Part shown: piece by piece, positions 9,560 to 19,073 of the stretch
Layout of the letters: every line of letters starts with the position of its first letter
How positions within the stretch are numbered: position 1 is the stretch's first letter
Notes under the pieces: generated by a model
Database searches by the model: none
Seen by the model: only the letters and a program-made list of their open reading frames with translations
Told to the model about the DNA's origin: nothing
Made by a program: the position numbers and the translations under genes
Sequence record: DRR378314_2131
Direction: 5' to 3' (one strand)
DNA: 53,565 bases

Positions 9560-11047
9560 TTACTTGCGGAAGTTGAGATTGTGGAATTTCGCCGAGCCTT
9601 CCTGAACGAACAGGCCCCAGGCATCGGTATTGGAGATGTCATAGACCCTGAAGGATGCAACAACCTGCCCGGCCACAAAGCACTCTATGGCCGACCCGTT
9701 GCGCAGGATCTGGACCCGGTAACACCCATCCTTCGGTGTGAAGGCGAGCGGGCGCTCGACCAATGGGCTGTCGATCTCCTGACGGACCTCAATGCCATGC
9801 CGTTCATTGAGCACCAGGCTGTCCCAAAGTGGATCCATCGCAGCTGGCCAGCGATCAAACAGGACGCGCTCCTTCATGGGCTCGATTGAAAGACTGTAAC
9901 CGCTGTCCAGATGATCGCCGCCTCGGGGTTCGATGAGAATACCCACAGCTTCGGTGGCGGGATCAGGTTCAATCACTACATCGAGCAACACGTCATCCCG
10001 GTTCGGACCGTCGATGAACGCGTATCCGTATGATCCTGTCGCATCACACCGAGGGTCTGCATCGCTGGTCCAGTCTCCCAACATGGGGCGCAGCTTGTGG
10101 GGCACGGTCTCTGCGTAACTCTGGTCCACTTTATCGGGCAGTTTACAGGTCAGCGTGCCGTCTGGCAGCGAGACAAGTTCGCGCGGGCTGCCCAGTTCTC
10201 CGCCCCAGACCCAGCTACGTTTGGGGCCGTGATGCTTGCGGAACGGAATCCATGCGAAACTCATGCGGCGGTCGCCATCGCTGGCGGATTTGGCGGCGTA
10301 GAACCGACGCCCGTCAAGACTGTCGAGCTTGCGGCTTTCCCAAGGACCATCCGGGGACTTTGACACCCGATACACGGTTTGCATTCGTTCCGAGTAGCGG
10401 CTTTCAACCAGATACCACCAATCGCCCAGCTTGAAGATTTCCGGGCATTCCGGGCAATGCGTCAGCATCGAGGACGCCAGCGGCGGGCCGACCTCCCAGC
10501 TTTCCAGATTATCGGACGTGGCTACGGCAACACAGCCCCGACGAAACTGCGGACCTTCCTTGAGGCGTGCCGAGATCAGCATCTTGAAGCACCCTGCCTC
10601 TTCGTCGCGGTAGACAAAGGGGTCTCGCCAATCAACGGTTTCGTACCAGCGGGGATCGGGGGAGATCATCGGGTTGGATCCGGATTTCTCCCAGGTCCTG
10701 AGATCGGTCGATGTTGCTTTGCAAATTGACTGTGGCGAGGCCGATTGACGGTTGTAGCCAGTGTAGAAGAAGTGAAAAACGCCCTCGTGCTCAATGACAG
10801 AGCCGGTCCAGATCCCATCGCCGTCGCACTCACCGTGCGCGCCGGGGCCAAAAGCGTCGGGCATCACCTCCCAGTTTACGAGGTCATCTGACCGAAGATA
10901 AGCGGTCGAGACGCGCGCCCGCTCAACATATTCCCACGCGCCCACAGGGGGTTGGGAAAAAAACAGATGCCATGTGCCATCGTGATAGAATGGCATTGTA
11001 TCACCAGCGGCAGCACCGCGCTCCGGAGCGTATCCGAAAAGTCTCAT
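9560..11047 (-). CDS. Glycoside hydrolase family 32 (beta-fructosidase/levanase-like), no signal peptide
   Basis: GDTMPF (nucleophile), WTGS, WRDP and ECP (acid/base) motifs, plus a C-terminal beta-sandwich-length extension. Confidence 0.88.
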   Translation of the reverse strand: MRLFGYAPERGAAAGDTMPFYHDGTWHLFFSQPPVGAWEYVERARVSTAYLRSDDLVNWEVMPDAFGPGAHGECDGDGIWTGSVIEHEGVFHFFYTGYNRQSASPQSICKATSTDLRTWEKSGSNPMISPDPRWYETVDWRDPFVYRDEEAGCFKMLISARLKEGPQFRRGCVAVATSDNLESWEVGPPLASSMLTHCPECPEIFKLGDWWYLVESRYSERMQTVYRVSKSPDGPWESRKLDSLDGRRFYAAKSASDGDRRMSFAWIPFRKHHGPKRSWVWGGELGSPRELVSLPDGTLTCKLPDKVDQSYAETVPHKLRPMLGDWTSDADPRCDATGSYGYAFIDGPNRDDVLLDVVIEPDPATEAVGILIEPRGGDHLDSGYSLSIEPMKERVLFDRWPAAMDPLWDSLVLNERHGIEVRQEIDSPLVERPLAFTPKDGCYRVQILRNGSAIECFVAGQVVASFRVYDISNTDAWGLFVQEGSAKFHNLNFRK

Positions 11048-11081
11048 CTGCGGACCTCGAAAAGGGTTTGATATTTCTGGG

Positions 11082-11106
11082 TCCCCCGGCCCATTGAGCC
11101 GGGGGA
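11082..11106 (-). other. Intra-operonic stem-loop after the binding-protein gene
   Basis: TCCCCCGGC and GCCGGGGGA form a 9-bp stem with a 7-nt loop, between the SBP and GH32 genes. Confidence 0.6.
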
Positions 11107-11129
11107 GGGCATGCTGCGTGCAAGGGGAG

Positions 11130-12206
11130 TTATTGCACGTAGTCTTGCCAGTTTGCCTGCCACGCGTCGATGAAACCGGGCAAATCAGCGTCGGGATTAT
11201 GGACCTTGCTGAGGCTGCGAACGGTTTCCGGTGAAAGAATACATCCGTTCAGAAGACTGTTGGCATAGGTATCCACATTGTCGGCTGTTACCGGAATGAG
11301 GCCGACCCGCGGCTGGGTGTCTTCAATCGGGTGACCGTGCAAGTAGTCATAGAGTTGGATAAGGCCGAACCCGCCAACCATCCAATGGCCACCGATCGAG
11401 AAACTCAGTTTGCCATCCTTGATGAATTGAGCGACCTGCTCGTCAATGTCGGTGGTTATGATGGCGATGTCGTCACGCCCTGCCTGTTCCACCGCAAATT
11501 GACTGCCGAGACCGGCGACCGCGCCAAGCACGATGATCGCGTCAATCTCGCCGGGTCCGAAGCGGGCAATGAACTGCTCGGCATATTTCTGGCCATTCTC
11601 CCGGTTCAGACGATCCCAGGCCTCGGCGATCACCTCGACCCCTGCCGCGTCCAGTTCCGATTGGACACCAGCCCAGATTTCTTCCGCAGAGGTCACACCC
11701 TTCTGGTTCCAGACCATCGCGACTTTCTTGTGCCCCAGATCTGCCGTGGCTTTGCCAATCGCCTGCCCCCAAGTGTCATTGTTCTGGGTCACCTGCGCGA
11801 TGAAATCCTCACCTTCATAGTCATCGTCGTAGCTGGACACCACCAGTCGACCGACAGCAATGCCCGGAATGTCATTTTCTTCCAGAAGACGGGCGACCTG
11901 GATACCCGCCGGCGACGTCAGCGGGTTGAAGATCAGCCCGTCCGGGCCGCTTGCGATGATGGATTCAGCTTGCGCAGCGTGCTGTTCTTCCGAGTTCTGA
12001 TCGTCAAACTCCTTCAGCTCGACACCAAGCGCTTCGGCGACGCAGCGTTCAAAACGATGGCGGTTGATTACCCAAGGGTTTGTTTCCGGCTGGCCAAGGT
12101 CTGCGATTACCAGATCGGTACGAGCTTCGCTTTGAGCCGTTGCCACGCTCGCAAGCGGCAACATGGCTGCTGTCACAAGCAAAGGCTTGAGCATCTTATA
12201 GGTCAT
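11130..12206 (-). CDS. Sugar ABC transporter substrate-binding protein (RbsB-like fold)
   Basis: Signal peptide MTYKMLKPLLVTAAMLPLASVATA, GPDGLIFNP motif, GGAGGAG RBS. Confidence 0.88.
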   Translation of the reverse strand: MTYKMLKPLLVTAAMLPLASVATAQSEARTDLVIADLGQPETNPWVINRHRFERCVAEALGVELKEFDDQNSEEQHAAQAESIIASGPDGLIFNPLTSPAGIQVARLLEENDIPGIAVGRLVVSSYDDDYEGEDFIAQVTQNNDTWGQAIGKATADLGHKKVAMVWNQKGVTSAEEIWAGVQSELDAAGVEVIAEAWDRLNRENGQKYAEQFIARFGPGEIDAIIVLGAVAGLGSQFAVEQAGRDDIAIITTDIDEQVAQFIKDGKLSFSIGGHWMVGGFGLIQLYDYLHGHPIEDTQPRVGLIPVTADNVDTYANSLLNGCILSPETVRSLSKVHNPDADLPGFIDAWQANWQDYVQ

Positions 12207-12257
12207 GATCTCCTCCCTGGAGAGTTTTTCGCGTTGATTGCGGAGAGGTAAACTCCT

Positions 12258-12286
12258 ATTTAATGCGTACTGCAATTAAATGCAGT
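12258..12286. promoter_or_regulatory. Candidate ROK operator upstream of the fructoside operon
   Basis: Two overlapping dyads about 50-80 nt upstream of the first gene: ATTTAATGC..GCAATTAAAT and ACTGCA-N6-TGCAGT. Confidence 0.35.
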
Positions 12287-12723
12287 TTGCAAGTATATAT
12301 CCAATCCGCTGAACCAACCCGGGAACCTTGAGGTCAGGAAGTAGTAAAAATCCAGGCTTTACGGCTCAAGCAGTCAAGGCATCAAGTTCCGCGCGAACCA
12401 CGCGGTACGGCAGGGCACGGTGAGGAACCGGTTGGGCCGATGACCGACGACTGCGGGTCCATCGCACCCAATAGGAGGAAGATGAGCCTTTGGTATGAGC
12501 GCAAATCAAGGAAGTTGAACGTTTAGCCGGCAAAATCTCAAACGATACAAGCTACTTCTTCATTTCTCAGCCTATCTTGAACCGGCTTTGGATCAAGGCT
12601 CTAATCGGCCTCGAACAGTTGGTGATTTTGGCGCTGCTCTTGACGTCATCCGTATCGGAAAGCTGCGCTCCGTTTCGGTTTCAATCAAAAAAGGCGCCAA
12701 ACACTACGATCTGGAGGCTTGTA

Positions 12724-13131
12724 ATGGCGGCGGCAATTTGCACTGGTCAGTGTCTTTGTGGAAAAATTGAGGTTCGTATTTCGGGTTCTCCCGAATTTTC
12801 GGTTTTGTGTTTCTGTCTGGACTGTCAGAAAATTTCCGGTGGCGGCCATCTTCCGCAGTCTGCGTATCTTAGGCAGCATGTGGTAATTAGCGGCGAGCCG
12901 AAGCTCTACAGCTGGGAGTCTGACGCCGGGAACACCGTCAGCCTGGGTAATTGTTCTGACTGTGGTTCGCCGATCTACAAAGCGACGTCGAAGATGCCGG
13001 AGTTTCTATTCGTCGCGGTAAGTGTTTTGGGCGACCACTCTGGTTTCGAGAACCCCCATATGGCTTTCGTCGAAAACTGCCGGGATTGGGACAGGTCACG
13101 CGCTCTCAAACTGAAGGGTTCTCTACAGTGA
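12724..13131 (+). CDS. GFA/CENP-V family protein
   Basis: GQCLCG, CFCLDCQK and CSDCGSP zinc-binding motifs. GGAGG precedes the ATG at 12724. Confidence 0.85.
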   Translation: MAAAICTGQCLCGKIEVRISGSPEFSVLCFCLDCQKISGGGHLPQSAYLRQHVVISGEPKLYSWESDAGNTVSLGNCSDCGSPIYKATSKMPEFLFVAVSVLGDHSGFENPHMAFVENCRDWDRSRALKLKGSLQ

Positions 13132-13366
13132 AGGCTGGTCCAAATTCAATTCGCCAAGACGGTCGCTTCTCTCAACGCGCCCGTAAATGATCAGGCATAT
13201 TTTTTGATCGCCGCAGTTTGATGGCCTCCGGAATTACCAACAGGTGCAGCCTGCCCTGCCTCCTAATGTTCCTGTATTGGGGGACGAGTTCGGCTAGGGG
13301 CATGATCGTATCAAAAAAATGCTTACCTTCGCTGCGCGCTGCATGAACCGTTAAAACGCGGACCTT

Positions 13367-13573
13367 GCCGACATTGGATTTTGGCACTTCGCTGACGCAG
13401 TAACTTCTTGCGGTTGCGGCACGACTGTTGCTGTGGCGTGGAAAATGTCTCCATTCCGGTCATTCGAGGGTACTGATATCGGCCGGATCGAAACCGTACT
13501 TTCGCCGCTGTAGTCCCGAATCAACAGTGACGGTATAGGCCAGACTTTGGGTTTTCGATCTTCGCTGACGCAG
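13367..13573 (+). repeat. Imperfect direct repeat in the intergenic region
   Basis: CTTCGCTGACGCAG occurs exactly at 13387-13400 and 13560-13573. Each copy is preceded by a similar ~20-mer (GCCGACATTGGATTTTGGCA vs GCCAGACTTTGGGTTTTCGAT). Confidence 0.55.
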
Positions 13574-13715
13574 CATTCTTTTGCGCGCGGATCTAACCCA
13601 ACATGGTATGTTGTCGTTGTGGTAGAATTAGTCCTGCGTCCCAACGCGAAAGATAGGCCACCGCGCGGGTATCTTACAAATTGGCCTCACCGGAAGAAGA
13701 CAAACCTTTCAAGGA

Positions 13716-14600
13716 TCAACTCGCTTTGGTGACCGTTGGAATATTCGGATCGTGGTCGCCGCCTTGCAGCCGCGCGGCCGTTGCCAGAACGAGCGCTTGC
13801 GAAATACACATGGGGGCTGCGATGGAACGTGAAAATGTCTGGCGATGCTCCGGCACAACAAAAAAAGGCTTGGCGGATTTGGCGAGAGGCGAGAGGTTGC
13901 TATCTGTGATGGCGATTATCGGGTGTCCAACTTCTTGCACCTGCTCGACAATCTTTACGACTTCGTTTGCGTAATAACGGAAAGACACCGCCACGAGAAC
14001 GTCTCCTGTCTGCATTGTCTGCGCCATATGGGTCGCCAAGCCTCCGCTCGGATCAAGCATCACACATCGCTTACCAATCATAGTCAGCATGTATCTTATG
14101 AAGTCTACCACAGGTGCCGATCGCAGTTGCCCAATCAAGAATACTGTTTCCGCTTTGCTAAGCCGGTCGGCGGCGAGCGCGAGGTCATCGCCTGAAATGT
14201 CCTCAATAAGGGACTGAAGGGACGCAATGTCTCTGACCACCAGATCGCGCAGAAAGCCCATATCGCTGGGATCGTCTCGGTTTCCGAGGTCATCCTCTAG
14301 CGCACGGACGCGTGCTTCAAATCCGGGTGCCGCAGTCTCCAGTCGCTTTTGAAACAGGACTTGCAGATCTTTGAAGCCGGTGTACCCCATCGCTTGGGCA
14401 AATCGGACGAAACTAGAAGCATGAATACCACAGCGATCAGCAATCGCATTGACAGAATGCACCGCAATTTCGTTTGGGTTCTGCGTCAAATAGAGCGCGA
14501 TGGCCTGATGAGACTTGCTCATCTTGTCGTAGCGTTCCTGCACCAGTTGAACAAAGGTTTCAAAGTCCGAGGGACCCGTTGACAAGTTTTGATCGCCCAA
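13716..14600 (-). CDS. RpiR/MurR family regulator (IolR-like)
   Basis: HTH ending VRFAQAMGYTGFKDLQ plus an SIS domain (AITDSNLSPLA). Adjacent to iol genes. Confidence 0.9.
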   Translation of the reverse strand: MGDQNLSTGPSDFETFVQLVQERYDKMSKSHQAIALYLTQNPNEIAVHSVNAIADRCGIHASSFVRFAQAMGYTGFKDLQVLFQKRLETAAPGFEARVRALEDDLGNRDDPSDMGFLRDLVVRDIASLQSLIEDISGDDLALAADRLSKAETVFLIGQLRSAPVVDFIRYMLTMIGKRCVMLDPSGGLATHMAQTMQTGDVLVAVSFRYYANEVVKIVEQVQEVGHPIIAITDSNLSPLAKSAKPFFVVPEHRQTFSRSIAAPMCISQALVLATAARLQGGDHDPNIPTVTKAS

Positions 14601-14738
14601 TCTAGGACCCTCCGAATTACCGTCGTAGCGTCGACAATGCGACCGACTGCTTCCTGGTGTGAACTTCTAACATCAGACTTTCGCAAACCTTTGCATTTTC
14701 TTAGCTCTCCTGATGGGTCTGGACAGTGCAGCGAACCG

Positions 14739-15866
14739 TCACGGGCTCACATCTATCCAAGTGCGATTGTTGGAAGACTCTTGGATCTGCTCCACCAATG
14801 ATTGAATTCGCAAGCCCGCGCGGAAATTGAAGGGCTCTGGGCCATCGCCATTGATGGCGGACATGAACCCCGCCACTTCGATGGCCTTGAGTTCGTTAAA
14901 GCCGATCTGGTGGCCAGGGGCCATGCAAAAGTGACCATATGGCGGATGGTCAAGTGCAGCTTCGATCCGACGAAAACCCTGACGCCCGGCGGGATCATCG
15001 GCAGAAAAAAAATGCAACTCATTGAATCGCTGCTGGCTGAAGGCAAGCGCACCTTTCGAGCCATAGACCTCAAAGTCGTGTTGCATCTTCCGCCCCGTGG
15101 CTATCCAGTTGCCTTCGATCGATCCTGACGCACCATTGGCAAAGCGTAGAATTGCGCGACCTACGTCATCGACGGTGCTTTCATGCGCAATGCCCTCTGA
15201 ATCGGTGCGTGCGCCATGGACTGTCACCAAATCGCCTAAGATTTCAGAGATCGGGCCAAGAAGGAACTCGGCCGTGGCCAAGGCATGGCTTCCCAGATCG
15301 GCAAGCGCCCCACCGCCTTCGGGGTCGATGCGGAACGTCGCCGTGCCTGTCGCAGAGGTCATGTAGTCTTCGGCGTGGAGACCGCGATAGCCATAAATCT
15401 CGCCAAGTTCGCCAGCGGCAATCATCTCGCGCGCCAGCCTAAGCATCGGGTTGCACAAATAGTTGAAACCCACTTGTGTTTTAACACCTGCTGCTTCGGC
15501 GGCCTCGGCCATTTCATTGGCGTCAATGACCTTTGGAGCAAGGGGTTTTTCACAGTAGACGTGTTTCCCAGCCGCAGCCGCTGCGAGCGACATCTCTTTG
15601 TGCAGGGCATTGGGTGCAGTGATCGAGACAATGTCGACCTCGGAATCGGCGATGATGTCGGTCCAATCCGCCGTGTAGTCCGAAAAGCCAAACGCGTGTG
15701 CGGCAGCTTGTGCCGCCTGTTTGTTGACATCAGCGACGGTGTGCAGTTCTGCCTCGATTGGCAAATCGAAAACCCGGGCGGCGTTTACAAAGCCAAAGGC
15801 ATGAGTTTTACCCATGAACCCGGTGCCAATGAGCCCGACCTTAAGCTTAGGCTTGTTGCGGGACAT
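14739..15866 (-). CDS. Gfo/Idh/MocA family oxidoreductase
   Basis: GLIGTGFMG, GKHVYCEKPLA and GGALADLGSH motifs. Confidence 0.92.
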   Translation of the reverse strand: MSRNKPKLKVGLIGTGFMGKTHAFGFVNAARVFDLPIEAELHTVADVNKQAAQAAAHAFGFSDYTADWTDIIADSEVDIVSITAPNALHKEMSLAAAAAGKHVYCEKPLAPKVIDANEMAEAAEAAGVKTQVGFNYLCNPMLRLAREMIAAGELGEIYGYRGLHAEDYMTSATGTATFRIDPEGGGALADLGSHALATAEFLLGPISEILGDLVTVHGARTDSEGIAHESTVDDVGRAILRFANGASGSIEGNWIATGRKMQHDFEVYGSKGALAFSQQRFNELHFFSADDPAGRQGFRRIEAALDHPPYGHFCMAPGHQIGFNELKAIEVAGFMSAINGDGPEPFNFRAGLRIQSLVEQIQESSNNRTWIDVSP

Positions 15867-16821
15867 TGATATGGTCTCTGTTCACAATCAACGTGTGGTC
15901 GATTGTTCCATTGAAGTAGTTCAGAATATTCTCGGCGGAAGAGATTGCCATACGTTCGGCTGCGTCCTGCGTAAGCCCGCCGATATGGGGGGACAGGATG
16001 ACCTGATCAAACTTCTTGAGGGCGCAATTGTCCCGCATCGGTTCAGTTGCAAACACATCAAGTCCTGCCGCACCGACTTTGCCACTTTCAAGCGCTGCGA
16101 CCAGTGCGGTCTCGTCAATCAGCCCGCCTCGGGCGGTGTTCACCAAAACGACCCCATCGCGCATCGAGGTAAATTGCTCTGTTCCGATCAACGGCTCGCC
16201 AGTATGAGGCAGACTGAAGGAAACCACGTCGGCCCAACCCAAGCCATCTTCAAGATTGGCGACGCTTGGCGCTCCGTCGTCGGGCCACCCTGCTTTTCGT
16301 AGATAGGGGTCATAGGCACGCACATTCATGCCAAACGCACCCATCATGCGGCCCGTGTGCCGACCGATGCGCCCGTAGCCCACCAGCAACAGATTCTGCC
16401 CGCGCGCATCACGGGCCTCCAGCCTATTGCGCCACTCCCATGGGCCATTGCGGACTGATGCGTCGCCCCGCAATAGACGCCTGTTGGCCGACAGGATCAA
16501 CATGGCGACATGCTCGGCCACGGTGGTTGAGTTCACATCCCCGCAAACCGCCAGGGCGATGCCGCGCTTATTCAATGCTTCTACATCGACAGCGTCATAG
16601 CCCACGCCATGGCGTGACATGATTTTGACCTTCGGACCAAGGGCGACCGTAGCCTCGCTAACCGGCTGTGTGCGCAAAAGTACCGCATCGGCATCGGCGA
16701 TCTTGGCTGCGAGGCTTTGTTCCGAGGTTTCGTCAATATAGGTGACTGTGATGCCCTTGGCCCCATCCAAACGGGCGCGGCCAGAGGGATGCAAGGGGCC
16801 TGCGACAACGACATGAGGCAT
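15847..16821 (-). CDS. D-isomer-specific 2-hydroxyacid dehydrogenase (SerA-like)
   Basis: RHGVGYDAVD, GYGRIG, VNTARGG, GLDVFATEP and SPHIGG motifs. Confidence 0.9.
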   Translation of the reverse strand: MPHVVVAGPLHPSGRARLDGAKGITVTYIDETSEQSLAAKIADADAVLLRTQPVSEATVALGPKVKIMSRHGVGYDAVDVEALNKRGIALAVCGDVNSTTVAEHVAMLILSANRRLLRGDASVRNGPWEWRNRLEARDARGQNLLLVGYGRIGRHTGRMMGAFGMNVRAYDPYLRKAGWPDDGAPSVANLEDGLGWADVVSFSLPHTGEPLIGTEQFTSMRDGVVLVNTARGGLIDETALVAALESGKVGAAGLDVFATEPMRDNCALKKFDQVILSPHIGGLTQDAAERMAISSAENILNYFNGTIDHTLIVNRDHINVPQQA

Positions 16822-17630
16822 CAATAGCCACCTTTCGTCGTCGCGGCGATTTCGCCGCCGGTGAGATCACGGAAGCGTTTCACGCTGGCCGCAGCCGCGC
16901 CGGCCAACAGGCGGCTATCACCTGAAACTGTGGTCAGGCTATAGCCCCATTCGATCGCGCGGACCGCATATTCCGGTGTGCCGCAATGGAGGCAAGCCTT
17001 GATGCCCGCATCCTTACAAACATTCGCGATGTGCTGGATCAGTTCGATCATCTCGGGCTCTTCGCGGTCGAAACCGGGCGGCAAGCGGCCCTCCTGGGTG
17101 CCCAGAGTCAGATCGGCCGGCCCCACATAAATCCCATCAAGTCCCGGCGTTGCGGCGATTGCCTCGACATTTGCTACACCCTCGGCGGTTTCAATCATGG
17201 CGAGTGCCACGACCTCGTCATTCATCGCAGGACCATAACCTGGCATGGCAATACCCGCGCGTGTTGGCCCGAAGCTGCGCTGACCGTGGGGGGGGTAGCG
17301 TATGTAGCTGACAAATTCCGCGGCTTGCACGGCCGTGTTGATCATCGGGCAGATGATGTTCATTGCCCCTGCATCCAGAGCTTTCATGATGATCGCCGGA
17401 TCAAGCCAGGGAACACGCGCGCCGATGCTTACACCGCTTGCCCGCATCGCCTGGGCCATGGGCAGAAACGCGGAGTAATCCAACGCCCCATGCTGAATAT
17501 CAACCGAGATCGCATCATAGCCTTGCGCGGCCATGATCTCGGCGGTGAACGGGTTGCCGATGGAGCACCAACCGTGGAGCACCGGTTTCCCCGCAGCCCA
17601 CATCTTTTTGACTTTGTTTAGTCCGCTCAT
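16821..17630 (-). CDS. HpcH/HpaI family class II pyruvate aldolase
   Basis: VDIQHG, ALDAGA, YPPHGQRSFG, MIETAEG and YVGPADL motifs. Confidence 0.9.
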   Translation of the reverse strand: MSGLNKVKKMWAAGKPVLHGWCSIGNPFTAEIMAAQGYDAISVDIQHGALDYSAFLPMAQAMRASGVSIGARVPWLDPAIIMKALDAGAMNIICPMINTAVQAAEFVSYIRYPPHGQRSFGPTRAGIAMPGYGPAMNDEVVALAMIETAEGVANVEAIAATPGLDGIYVGPADLTLGTQEGRLPPGFDREEPEMIELIQHIANVCKDAGIKACLHCGTPEYAVRAIEWGYSLTTVSGDSRLLAGAAAASVKRFRDLTGGEIAATTKGGY

Positions 17631-17639
17631 CGTCTCACC

Positions 17640-19070
17640 TCACAACACGATCTGGGCGAGTTTGATGTCGAGGTAGTCCGCGATGCCTTCTAAGCCGCCT
17701 TCGCGCCCCATGCCTGAAAAGTTTGTGCCCCCAAATGGGGCCTCTGACGCGGCCAGCGCAAAAGAATTGATCCCCACCATGCCCGATTTCAACGTTGCAA
17801 CTGCGCGTCGCGCGCGGTCTGGGTCGGAGGTGAAAGCGTAGGCTGACAGGCCCATGGTTGAGTTGTTCGCCCGCGTCAGTACTTCGTCTTCATCCTTGAA
17901 GGTGGTAATGGCAGCCACCGGACCGAAATTCTCTTCGTCGAAGACCCTCATGGAATCTGTCACGTTGGTCAGCACCGTAGGCACATAGAAATGCCCTTCG
18001 TTGAAACCAGCCGCGCGCTTGCCCCCAAGGGCCAGTGTTGCGCCCTCGGCCACGGCCGCTTGCACGATCGCATCGATGGTTTCGAGGCTGTGATCATTGA
18101 TAAGCGGGCCCATCCCCACATCAGGATCAAGCCCGTTGCCCACTTTGATCTTGGACGCTCGTTCGACAAACCCATCGACAAATGCGTCGTGCAAACTTTC
18201 GTGGACAAAGAACCGGTCCGGCGTCACGCAGACCTGGCCGCAGTTGGCGTATTTGGTTGGAACGCTCACATCCAGCGCGGCTGCCAGATCGGCGTCATCA
18301 TAGACGATCAGCGGTGCGTTCCCGCCTAGCTCCATCGAAACCTTCTTTACGGTGTCAGCGGCATCGCGGATCATTTGCTGGCCCACACGGGTTGACCCGG
18401 TCAAGGATACTTTGCGCACTCGTTTATCCGCCATGATTGGCCCATATGTGCTGGCGGTGGAGCCTGTGACGAGATTCACTGCCCCATCAGGAAGGCCACC
18501 AGCGCGCAGGCAATCAACAAGAACCATCGCCACGCCCGGCGTTTGCGAGGAAGGACGCAACACAACAGAACAACCTGCCGCCAGCGCGGGGGCCAATTTG
18601 CGTGCGGGAAGTGCCGCCGGGAAGTTCCATGCGGTAAACGCACCAACGATTCCCACCGCTTCGCAACTGATATCGAACCGTCCGCCTGGTACGCGACTTT
18701 CGACAGTACGGCCGTAAATGCGCCGCGCTTCCTCGGCGTACCAACGGAACTGATCGCAGGCGAGCGTCCATTCGCGACCCGCCTGAGCAATCGGCTTGCC
18801 CGTCTCGGTAGAGATCATCGTCGTCGCCTCATCGGTGCGCCGGATCATCTCATCCGCCACCTTGTGCAGCGCATCAGCGCGGCCAAACCCGCCCATTTCA
18901 CGCAGCGCTCCGAGCGCGCTTTCCGCCGCATCAATGGCCGCTGCGGTATCATCTCGGGTTGCCGCCGCAATCTTACCCAGCGATTTTTCCGTCACCGGAG
19001 AGAACACCTCGGTTGTCTCTCCCCCTTTGACCCATGCGCCAGATAGAAAAAGTCCAAAAGTATCGTACAT
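17640..19070 (-). CDS. NAD(P)-dependent aldehyde dehydrogenase (SSADH-like)
   Basis: AWNFP, LTGSTRVG, MELGGNAP, catalytic GQVC and EENFGP motifs. Confidence 0.92.
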   Translation of the reverse strand: MYDTFGLFLSGAWVKGGETTEVFSPVTEKSLGKIAAATRDDTAAAIDAAESALGALREMGGFGRADALHKVADEMIRRTDEATTMISTETGKPIAQAGREWTLACDQFRWYAEEARRIYGRTVESRVPGGRFDISCEAVGIVGAFTAWNFPAALPARKLAPALAAGCSVVLRPSSQTPGVAMVLVDCLRAGGLPDGAVNLVTGSTASTYGPIMADKRVRKVSLTGSTRVGQQMIRDAADTVKKVSMELGGNAPLIVYDDADLAAALDVSVPTKYANCGQVCVTPDRFFVHESLHDAFVDGFVERASKIKVGNGLDPDVGMGPLINDHSLETIDAIVQAAVAEGATLALGGKRAAGFNEGHFYVPTVLTNVTDSMRVFDEENFGPVAAITTFKDEDEVLTRANNSTMGLSAYAFTSDPDRARRAVATLKSGMVGINSFALAASEAPFGGTNFSGMGREGGLEGIADYLDIKLAQIVL

Positions 19071-19073
19071 AGC

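Noticed and set aside
13172-13732. Short ORFs between the GFA gene and the RpiR regulator
   Set aside because: They have no motifs or clear RBS, overlap on both strands and coincide with the degenerate repeats.
14683-14694. GCAA-N4-TTGC upstream of the RpiR gene as a second operator
   Set aside because: The spacing differs from the N6 palindrome and the arms are only 4-5 bp, so it could be chance.
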